Of a stretch of DNA of 48,722 nucleotides, positions 1 to 8,700 are shown piece after piece. Under the pieces are notes generated by a model. It was not told the origin of the DNA. It did no database searches and worked only from the letters and a program-made list of their open reading frames with translations. The position numbers were made by a program, and so were the translations under genes. Numbering within the stretch: the first letter of the stretch is position 1; each line of letters starts with the position of its first letter. Source of the DNA: Cloacibacterium sp. Lineage in GTDB: Bacteria; Bacteroidota; Bacteroidia; Flavobacteriales; Weeksellaceae. The stretch covers positions 1 to 48,722 of the forward strand of contig JAYRDY010000001.1 of assembly GCA_041909215.1 (NCBI GenBank), given 5' to 3'.

Positions 1-600
1 ATAGAAATTATTTTTATTGATGAATATCTGGAAGAAAATCCTTTAGAAAAAACCAAAATTATTGAAGTTTTTGGCAAACTTTTAGGTAAAGAAAAAAAAG
101 CAAAACAGAAATTTACAGAAATTGAAAAGAATTATAATCTTTATAAAAATTTAGCGCAGAAATCTCCTAAAAAACCAATGGTTCTGAGCAATGAAATCTA
201 CGGAAACCAATGGTTTGTAGCAGGAGGTAATTCTAGCTTGGCTCATTTTATAAAAGATGCCAATGCCAATTATATTTTTGGAGACAACAACGAATCAAAA
301 TCAACCCCTAAAACATTTGAAGAAGTCTTTGCCAAGGCAGAAAATGCAGATGTTTGGGTGAATGTAGGCAATCATAAGCAAAAAAAAGAATTGCTACAGA
401 TTAATCCTAATTATGCTAAAATGAAAGTCTATCAAAAAGGGAATATTTACACACTTTCTGGCAGAGAAAAAGGCAATGCAAATGATTATTTTGAAAGTGG
501 TGTAGTGCGTGCAGATTTGGTTCTGAAAGATTACATTAAAGTTTTCCATCCCAATATTTTCTCAAAAGATTCGTTATTTTACATTAAAAAACTCAAATAG
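1..600 (+). CDS. ABC transporter periplasmic substrate-binding protein (iron-siderophore/cobalamin type), 5' truncated by window edge
   Basis: Frame is open from base 1 (IEIIFIDEYLEENPLEKTKII...) into ORF 178..600; motifs WFVAGGNSSLAHFIKDANANY and NDYFESGVVRADLVLKD are typical of Bacteroidota class III binding proteins. Confidence 0.8.
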   Translation: MEIIFIDEYLEENPLEKTKIIEVFGKLLGKEKKAKQKFTEIEKNYNLYKNLAQKSPKKPMVLSNEIYGNQWFVAGGNSSLAHFIKDANANYIFGDNNESKSTPKTFEEVFAKAENADVWVNVGNHKQKKELLQINPNYAKMKVYQKGNIYTLSGREKGNANDYFESGVVRADLVLKDYIKVFHPNIFSKDSLFYIKKLK

Positions 601-605
601 TTCTT

Positions 606-613
606 TATTTTTG
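606..613 (+). promoter_or_regulatory. Bacteroidota sigma-A -7 element (TATTTTTG) for mtgA
   Basis: Matches TAnnTTTG 41 nt upstream of the ATG. Confidence 0.6.
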
Positions 614-654
614 CAAAAGGTTCTTATTTAATTATTATCATCAACCAGTTATAT

Positions 655-1299
655 ATGTGGAAATTCATCAAAAAAATATTTTACGTTATTGCAATAGTGA
701 GTATTTTTTCTATTATTTGGGGGAGATTTTTAAACCCAATTATAACCATAACGCAGATTGAAGGTCTTATTAAATATCAAAAATTAGACAGAGATTATAT
801 TAGTTTTGATGATATGGGCAACAACGTAAAAAAAGCGGTAATTGCCAGCGAAGATCAAAATTTTTACAGACATAAAGGTTTTGATTTTGATGCGATACAA
901 AGAGCTTTTAAACATAATGAACAAGGGAAAAAAATTAGAGGCGGAAGTACCATTTCACAACAAACAGCCAAAAATATTTTCCTTTGGAATGGCAGAAGCT
1001 ATTTCAGAAAAGGTTTAGAAGCCATTTTTACTTTTGTGATAGAAAAAGTTTGGAGCAAAGACATCATTTTAGAGCGTTATCTCAATTCCATAGAAATGGG
1101 ACAAGGCGTTTTCGGGGTAGAAGCTGCATCTCATTACTATTTTGGGAAATCAGCTAAAGATTTAACAAAATCAGAAGCCGCTTGGATTGCAGTAATTTTG
1201 CCAAGCCCGAAAAAATATGATCCCAAAAATCCTTCTTCTGGCCTTCAGAGAAAGCATAATTGGGTAATGAGGCAGATGAGAAACGTAGTATTAGAATAA
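655..1299 (+). CDS. mtgA: Monofunctional biosynthetic peptidoglycan transglycosylase
   Basis: GT51 motifs EDQNFYRHKGFD, GGSTISQQTAKN, RKGLE, LERYLN; N-terminal TM helix; no transpeptidase domain. Confidence 0.95.
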   Translation: MWKFIKKIFYVIAIVSIFSIIWGRFLNPIITITQIEGLIKYQKLDRDYISFDDMGNNVKKAVIASEDQNFYRHKGFDFDAIQRAFKHNEQGKKIRGGSTISQQTAKNIFLWNGRSYFRKGLEAIFTFVIEKVWSKDIILERYLNSIEMGQGVFGVEAASHYYFGKSAKDLTKSEAAWIAVILPSPKKYDPKNPSSGLQRKHNWVMRQMRNVVLE

Positions 1300-1312
1300 T
1301 AAAAATTAGAAA

Positions 1313-3340
1313 GTGAGTTTATTTTTTTCAGAAAAAGAAAACAGTTCTGTTTTACTTGAAAGATATTTTTCTATCAAGAACGAAACTCATGATTTGAAAC
1401 CACTTTCAGAGATTTTTCAGGCGCTTCAAAACGAAAATATTGAAGATTTTATACTTTTCTTAAAAGAAAACGAAGAAATTAGAAGCCATTTTGTTTATTA
1501 CATTCAAAGTGTTTTTTTAGGAAGAAGTTTCAATCTTTCTCTTACAGAAGCCAATATTCTTTCAGAGGATTCTTTCTTCCCAGAACTCAGAAAAAGACTT
1601 CTTTCTAAAATTTTACCTCCTGTAGAAGATGAAAATACAGTCTCTTACGTTATTTCTAATGTTTTTTTTAGAGATAAATCAGACTTTAAATTCATAAAAA
1701 ATATTTCTAGAAAACAGTCTGATGAATTATTTAGACTTTTAGAAATAGATAATCTTTTAGATTTGCCAAAAGTGAAGAAAGAACTTCTTTTTTCAATGAA
1801 TATTTTGGCGTGGCGCGTTATTGGGAATGCGCTGGAAGTAGATGTTCTTAAAATGGCGCCAGAATACAAAAATTTCGATAATCCTTTTTTAGCCTTACAA
1901 AAAGAGTTGGAGTTTTTAATTCAGGATTTTAAACAAGATCGTCATTTGGTTATCACTTCCAAAGATGCACATTATAAGCAAATAAAAATCTATCTTCAAC
2001 AAGGTTTTGCTTTTGTAAGTAAAGCCTTCAAAAATGCTTCTAAATACGGCATTTCTAGTAAAATTAATCTTGCTTTACTTAAGATTAGACAACAGTTACA
2101 AAGAATAGCAGAGATTTTAGAATTATTAGTGATTGATAAGCAAGAAGATGTTATGATTAAATCTAAAAACTTGGTTATCAATGTTTTAGATTATAAATCT
2201 CATAGAAATAACCTTAGAGATTTAATTTATGATAGCACAACGCTACAATCTCATCTTATTACCACGCATACTGCAGAAACAGGGGCAAATTACATTACTT
2301 CTTCACCTAAAGAGTATTTTAAAATGCTTAAAAAAGCAAGTGGAGGAGGTATGATTGTTGGTGCTTTGTGTGTACTCAAAATGCTTTATTCTCATGTTCC
2401 TGGTAGCGATTTTTACCACGCATTTTTATATTCATTCAATTACGCAATGGGTTTCATTATGATTTATTTGATGAATTTTACCCTTGCTACAAAACAACCC
2501 GCAATGACGGCCGCTACAATGGCGAGAGTACTTTCTGAAGGTAAAAATACCAATAGAAATTATTTGGATTTTGCACATTTGGTTTCCAAATTATTCAGAA
2601 GTCAGTTTATTGCTTTTGTAGGTAACGTTTTGTGGAGTTTTCCTGTGGCTTTGGCTATTATTTATGGTTTGGAAGTGCTTTTCGGTCAAAATTTTGCCAT
2701 CGAAAAATCTACCACTTTACTCAAAGATATAGATCCTTCAAAATCGAAAGCCATATTACATGCTTGTTTAGCAGGTTTTTATCTCTTTATTTCGGGCATT
2801 ATTGCGGGCAACGTAGGCAACAGTTCAGTTTTTTATAAAATCCCTGAAAGGATTGAGAAAAATCCTTTCATAGTAAATCTTTTCGGAGTTGGTTTTGCAA
2901 AGAATTTATCTGCTTTTTATTCCAGAAATTGGGCTGGGATGATGTCTAATTTTTGGTTAGGAATTTTCTTGGGTTCTACCGCAACAATTGGTAAGTTTTT
3001 TGGTTTAGATTTAGATATTCGTCATATCACTTTTGCTGCAGGTAATTTTGCTTTAGGGCTTTATGGTAAAGAGTTTTCTGTTGATGTTTCTACCTTTTGG
3101 ATTTCTTTTTTCACCGTTTTTTTAATCGGGTTTTGTAACTTTATTGTAAGTTTTGGCTTATCTATGTTTTTGGCTTTCCGTTCTAGAAAATTAAATTTTG
3201 GCGAAGTAAGAATTATCAACAGAAGTATATTTAGATATTTTCTAAAAAATCCTTTAATTTTCTTTTTACCAATTCGTTCGGTTTTAGATGAAAGAGCGAG
3301 AAAATTGGTGGAAGAAACTACAAAACATACAAATCATTAA
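1313..3340 (+). CDS. Gcr-like 'site-specific recombinase' family integral membrane protein (function doubtful, possibly channel-like)
   Basis: Family motifs TLATKQPAMTAA and LDIRHITFAAG; soluble helical N-terminal half and multi-TM C-terminal half; GTG start. Confidence 0.8.
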   Translation: MSLFFSEKENSSVLLERYFSIKNETHDLKPLSEIFQALQNENIEDFILFLKENEEIRSHFVYYIQSVFLGRSFNLSLTEANILSEDSFFPELRKRLLSKILPPVEDENTVSYVISNVFFRDKSDFKFIKNISRKQSDELFRLLEIDNLLDLPKVKKELLFSMNILAWRVIGNALEVDVLKMAPEYKNFDNPFLALQKELEFLIQDFKQDRHLVITSKDAHYKQIKIYLQQGFAFVSKAFKNASKYGISSKINLALLKIRQQLQRIAEILELLVIDKQEDVMIKSKNLVINVLDYKSHRNNLRDLIYDSTTLQSHLITTHTAETGANYITSSPKEYFKMLKKASGGGMIVGALCVLKMLYSHVPGSDFYHAFLYSFNYAMGFIMIYLMNFTLATKQPAMTAATMARVLSEGKNTNRNYLDFAHLVSKLFRSQFIAFVGNVLWSFPVALAIIYGLEVLFGQNFAIEKSTTLLKDIDPSKSKAILHACLAGFYLFISGIIAGNVGNSSVFYKIPERIEKNPFIVNLFGVGFAKNLSAFYSRNWAGMMSNFWLGIFLGSTATIGKFFGLDLDIRHITFAAGNFALGLYGKEFSVDVSTFWISFFTVFLIGFCNFIVSFGLSMFLAFRSRKLNFGEVRIINRSIFRYFLKNPLIFFLPIRSVLDERARKLVEETTKHTNH

Positions 3341-3611
3341 TTTTTTCCGTACCAAATTCTTCCTGAAATTTCTTCAGAAAAAACGTTTTTCTCATTCTGA
3401 AATCATTTTTAAAAAGAGCAGATTTTATCTTGATTTCTAGAATTTTATCTCTGTTAAAATTTACAGATTCTATCTCTTGAAACATTCTTTCATCCAGATA
3501 ATCTTCTAAAAAATCTTTCACTTCTAAAGCGAATAATTTATTTTCGAAGCCATAGATTTTGGCAAAACTTTTCACCAATTCAGAACTTTGATATTCTCTT
3601 TTCTTTTTCAT
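3318..3611 (-). CDS. DciA/DUF721-like protein (putative replicative helicase loader)
   Basis: 97 aa from ATG 3611 (MKKKREYQ...); ILEIKIKSALFKNDF resembles the DUF721 core; lies downstream of recF as usual; overlaps the 3' end of the convergent gene by 23 nt. Confidence 0.55.
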   Translation of the reverse strand: MKKKREYQSSELVKSFAKIYGFENKLFALEVKDFLEDYLDERMFQEIESVNFNRDKILEIKIKSALFKNDFRMRKTFFLKKFQEEFGTEKINDLYVL

Positions 3612-3617
3612 GTCTTT

Positions 3618-3700
3618 GCGAGCGTAGCGAAGCAAATTGTTTTTTATTTTCCCACAGATTTCACAGATTTTTATCAGCAAAATTTGCTTAATCAGCGAGC
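3618..3700. repeat. Degenerate flavobacterial REP-like repeat (GCGAGCGTAGCGAAGC; CACAGATTT x2; AATTTGCTTAATCAGCG)
   Basis: 9-bp tandem CACAGATTT-CACAGATTT plus a partly complementary downstream arm; GC-rich relative to surroundings. Confidence 0.4.
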
Positions 3701-3872
3701 GTTTCTATTTTTTACTATGTTTTTTATCTCTTTTAAGACAAAACTTACGGCCTTTTTTTTAAACCAGAAATTCCATATTTTCAGAAGTTACAATTAAGTA
3801 AAAATCTTATTTAGATTGATTAATTTTTAAATGATTTTCAACTTCTATTATTGTCTTCATTTTAATTGGCTC

Positions 3873-4952
3873 TTAAATCTCAAAAATTTTTGATTCTTCA
3901 TTAATCCTTTTTACCACAGATTCTGTGCGTTCTTTGTGCGTATCAGTAATAAAAATTTGCCCGAAGTTTTGTTCATTCACCAATTCTATCAACTGCGAAA
4001 CTCTATTGTCGTCTAATTTATCAAAAATATCATCCAAAAGGAGAATAGGATTTTTATTGGTAATTTCTTTAATTCTCTTGATTTGAGCCAATTTCAAAGC
4101 AATAAGAAACGATTTTTGTTGACCTTGACTTCCAAATTTTTTAATCAAATTCCCGTTCATTTCGAAACGCAAATCGTCTTTGTGAATTCCTTTCGATGTG
4201 TAAGTAAGAAGCCTGTCTTTATCTAAGTTTTCTCTTAAAATTTCATCAAAATTTTGTTCGCTTAAATTGCTTTCATAAACCACCGTAACTTTTTCGTTTC
4301 CTTTAGAAATGATCTCGTAAAAATGCTGAATTGTTGGGAGAATTGAGGCAACAAAACGTTGTCTTTTTTCAAAAATTTGAGTTCCGAATTTGGTTAAAGG
4401 TTCGTTATAAATCTCCAAAGAATCTGCATCGAAAGTTCTGTTTTTTGCAAAATATTTTAGCAAAGCATTTCTTTGCAGAAGCGTTTTTTGATACTGAATT
4501 AAGTGGTAAAGATATTCAGAATCGGTTTGCGAAATCATCGCATCCAGAAATTTTCTACGGCTTTCTCCACCATCAGAAATCAGGTTGGCATCATAAGGAG
4601 AAATCATCACACTGGGCAAAAAACCAATGTGGTCTGCCATTCTTTCGTAGGTTTTATCGTTTTTTTTGATGATTTTTTTGCTGTCTTTTTGCAAAAGAAT
4701 TTTAATGATGTCGCTTTTTTCTTCGTTTTCAATCTCAGCTTCTATATTGAAGAAATCTTCATTTTCTTGAATGTTCTGAAAATCTGAATTTCCTAAAAAA
4801 CTTTTCCCCATTGATATATAATGAAGCGCATCGAGAATATTGGTTTTACCAGCGCCATTATTTCCTACAAAACAATTGATATCCGCAGAAAAATCGAATG
4901 ATTTTTCGGAATGATTTTTAAAATTGATGATTTTTAAGTTTTTAACGAACAT
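3873..4952 (-). CDS. recF: DNA replication/repair protein RecF
   Basis: Walker A GNNGAGKTN; GSQGQQKS and LLLDDIFDKLD signatures. Confidence 0.97.
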   Translation of the reverse strand: MFVKNLKIINFKNHSEKSFDFSADINCFVGNNGAGKTNILDALHYISMGKSFLGNSDFQNIQENEDFFNIEAEIENEEKSDIIKILLQKDSKKIIKKNDKTYERMADHIGFLPSVMISPYDANLISDGGESRRKFLDAMISQTDSEYLYHLIQYQKTLLQRNALLKYFAKNRTFDADSLEIYNEPLTKFGTQIFEKRQRFVASILPTIQHFYEIISKGNEKVTVVYESNLSEQNFDEILRENLDKDRLLTYTSKGIHKDDLRFEMNGNLIKKFGSQGQQKSFLIALKLAQIKRIKEITNKNPILLLDDIFDKLDDNRVSQLIELVNEQNFGQIFITDTHKERTESVVKRINEESKIFEI

Positions 4953-4956
4953 TCAG

Positions 4957-4964
4957 CAAAATTA
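4957..4964 (-). promoter_or_regulatory. -7 promoter element TAATTTTG directly ahead of recF
   Basis: TAATTTTG-CTGA-ATG on the minus strand, overlapping the stop codon of the upstream gene. Confidence 0.55.
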
Positions 4965-5702
4965 CTTTATTAAAATGAGAATTAAAAACGGCAATGTGCT
5001 CAAACTTTCCATTAAAAAGGAATAATAAAAATCTTCTCTTTTTCTGTCTGAAAAATAGACCAGAATTGTTGCAATAATTGAGGTGAAGAAAAACGCTACA
5101 GCAAAGTCTGATTTCAGAAATTTTATCGCTAAAACAGAACTCAAAAATAGAAATAGGTAACTTAGATATTTAGTGTTTTGAATGCCAATTTTTTTAGGTA
5201 ATGTAATGAATTGGTCTCTTTCTAAATCCCGAATTTCAAATGGGAAAATAATGGCAGAAACGAAAAAAAAGATAATAAAAAACCAACTCCAGTTAAAATG
5301 TGCTAAAGGAAGCCAAACCAAACTCATTGCCCAAACAAAACCTACGTAAAATGTTTTGATGATAGAAAATTCTCTGAGATTTATGCTCAGAAAGTCTGCA
5401 TTGTAAATAAATCCTAAAAATAAGACAATCAGCCATTTAATGTAAAATTGAATGTCTAGAAATTGATAAATTAATACATTTATTATGAAAAATCCAACCA
5501 CATTAACTAAAAGAGCATCTTTCTTTTTGTGAAACACAGTGAATAAATATCCGTTCCAAAAAGTAAGGAAAAGTACCATTGCTAAAGGTAAATGGTAAGA
5601 TTCTTGCTCTTGCAATACGAAGATTCCTAAGCTAATCGCACAAAAAGAAACGTAGAATTGTGACTTTAGAAGGATATTTTTCACTAAATTTAAAAAGTTC
5701 AT
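4962..5702 (-). CDS. UbiA prenyltransferase-like integral membrane protein
   Basis: About 8 TM segments; IKTFYVGFVWA and PFEIRDLERD motifs of the flavobacterial UbiA-like family. Confidence 0.6.
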   Translation of the reverse strand: MNFLNLVKNILLKSQFYVSFCAISLGIFVLQEQESYHLPLAMVLFLTFWNGYLFTVFHKKKDALLVNVVGFFIINVLIYQFLDIQFYIKWLIVLFLGFIYNADFLSINLREFSIIKTFYVGFVWAMSLVWLPLAHFNWSWFFIIFFFVSAIIFPFEIRDLERDQFITLPKKIGIQNTKYLSYLFLFLSSVLAIKFLKSDFAVAFFFTSIIATILVYFSDRKREDFYYSFLMESLSTLPFLILILIK

Positions 5703-5720
5703 TTTTCAAAAATAAACGAT

Positions 5721-8700
5721 ATGAAAAATCTGACCAAAATCTTATCTCTATTTATTTTAATTTGTTTTTTATCGCCGATGAAAGCACAAAAATTTTACGA
5801 TGACCAATGGAAGAAAATAGCCAAAAACTATGAAAGTGGTCAATATAAATCTAATCTTCCGATGATTTTGGAGATACAAAATCGAGCAATAAAAGAAGAT
5901 AATACCGTACAGTTGATTAAATCTCTGAAAGCAGAATTTAGTATTGTAAATCTTACAGAAGATGATACAAAAAACGATGCAGCTTCCCAATTTTTTAAAA
6001 AATTACAAACGTTTGATCAAAAATTAAATGGAGAAGAAAAATTGGTGTATCAAGTTTTGTTAGGCGATTTTTTAAAAGATTATTATGACCAAAATCAATG
6101 GGAGATTAACCAAAGAACCAATATTAACACTTCGGCTTCTCTCAGTGCAGAGCAAGATTTTGCACAGATTGAAACTTGGAGTAAACTCGATTTTAAGATT
6201 TTTTTCGCAAAGCATTTTACCGAACTTTCTAAGCAAGATTTAGCGTTACAAAAAATCCTAATTTCTAAATATGCGGAGATTTTTAACGAAGTAGAAGATA
6301 TTGCGTATTTCCCTGCTTTTTTTGATTATAAATCAATGCAATATATTGATTATCTTCAGGATAATAATTATTTTACTAAAAATGAATTGAAGGAAAATCA
6401 ACCCAAAATCATTAAAATTTATGATGAATTAATTGCTAAAAATTCAGGTAATTCTAAATTGTATTTTCAGCATCAAAAACTAAATGATGATTGCGCTTTT
6501 AGCAGTTGTAAAAACAAACAAGAACAACTTTTGGCGCTTTATGATTCTTCTACAGAAGGCGATTATAAGGTGCTGATTGCTCAAGAAATTATATCAAACT
6601 TTCAACAAAAACAAAAATTTGAAGATGCGCTTTCTTGGGTTGAAAAAGTAAAAAAAGCTTATCCAAAATCTAAGTTTTTAGAGAATATTAAAAATCAGGA
6701 AAACCAAATTAAACAACCTTATGTTACGATAAAATTCGAGACTTCAGCTTTGGCCAACCAGCCAATTCATCTCGTTTCAGAATATAAGAATACCAATCAG
6801 TTTTCGCTCAATATTTACGAAGTAAAAGACGATTATCAAGGTTTTTTGAAATATATTTATAATTCTTGGCAACCCGAAAATTATACCAATCTCAAGAAAT
6901 CTTTGGTGAGAAAAGAAAATTATGATTTACCAATAACTGTAGATTATAAAGCGCATAAAACTTCACTTGAAATTAAACCGCTTCCTTCGGGAATTTACGT
7001 GGGAGAATATTTGGTAGAAGGTAAAATTCAGGATAAATTCTATTTTATTGCAGCCAATTCTAGAATTATTTATCAAAATAAAAATGATAGAAAATCTTTA
7101 GAAAATCAGTTGAAATTAGTAAGCCGTGATCATGGGAAAATACTGCCGAAAGAAAATCTAGAATTCTACGAATTTTTGCAAAGACAAAACATAGAAAAAT
7201 CTTCTGGAAGTACTGATGAAAAAGCAGTTTTTAATATTCCGACAAGTAAAAATCAGGATTATTATAGAACGATTTTGGTGCGCCAACCGAAAACCAATGA
7301 TTTTAATTTGATACAAGCTTACGGAAACCAATATGGAGAAGATTTTAGGAAAAAAGATGCAGAACAAGCGCAAATTTTCTTGGATAGAGAAATTTACAGA
7401 CCTGGGCAAATTGTTTATTTTAAGGTAATTGCAACTGCTTTTAATGCATCAAATAACGCTGAAAAAGTGGCTTCTAATGTGAAGCTAAATATTGTTTTAG
7501 AAGATGTAAACGGCGAAGAAATTTCTAAACAAACTTTAACGACTAATGAATTTGGTTCTTTAAACGGAAGTTTTACGCTTCCGCAAGGGAAACTGAACGG
7601 TCAGTTTTCTATTATTGTAGATAGTGACGATGTTAAAAATTTAGACTTCAGCGGAGAAAAATATTTTCGTGTTGAAGAATACAAACGCCCGAAATTTGAA
7701 GTGACTTTTGAACCGATAAAAGACGAATATAAATACGGACAAACTATTGAACTACAAGGAAAAGCGATGATGTTTTCGGGAGTTCCTTTAAGCAATTCTA
7801 CCGTAAATTATGAAATCAAAAAACACAATATCAGATGGAGATATTTCTGGTGGTATCCTCGTGGAAACGATAATGAAAATTCTATTTTGGGTGAAGCAAA
7901 AACCAACGAAAAAGGAGAATTTACCATAAAATTAGATTTGAAAAAAGATGAAAATTTAGAAGGAATTCAAGTTGATAATTATGAAATCAACGCTTCTGTT
8001 ACGGATATTAATGGAGAAACACAATCTGCAAATACCAATATTAAAGTTTCTTCGGTTTCGCATTATATTGCACTTTCTGAAGTTAAAAACGATTATTTTA
8101 CAGATGAAAATGTAACGGTAAAAGTAGAAACCAAAAATTATAATGATCAGGTTTTAAAGAAAAATTATACATCAAGATTGTTAAAATTAACTTCTCCAGA
8201 AAGAATTTTTAGAACTAATTTTGAAAACGAAATTCAGAATTTACCCGTTTTGAGTAAAGCAGATTTTGTACAAAAATTCCCTCATGATTATTTTGAAAAA
8301 GCGGAGAAAGAGAATAAAGTTGAAGTTAAATTGTTTGAACGAATAGAAAATCCAAATACTAAAGACCAATTACCAAATACCAGTTTAGATTTAGGAAAAC
8401 TTTCCGCGGGGAAATATAAACTAGAACTCTTTAACATCGAAGGAAAAGATACTATTAAAACCGAGAAAATTTTTGAAGTTTTTGATAAAGCTAAACTTTC
8501 AGATAATCAAAAACCTTTCTTAAAAGTAATTCCTGAAAAATCTGAATACAACAGAACTGAAAAAGCGAAATTCTACGTTTATTCAGCCATTCCAGATGCT
8601 TTGGTGAATGTTTATGTACAAAACGGTGACGGAAAAACGCAATTTGAACAATTGCCAATTAAAAACGGAATTTTGGTGTATGAAACTACGCTTCCAAAAG

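Noticed and set aside
1313-3340. Treating the Gcr-like gene as a mobile-element recombinase
   Set aside because: It is a polytopic membrane protein with no recognisable recombinase catalytic residues, and no att sites or cargo are nearby
3612-3680. CxxC-containing N-terminus (MLIKICEICGK) of ORF 3318..3680 as a zinc finger
   Set aside because: It is simply the translation of the CACAGATTT tandem repeat; the likely start is ATG 3611
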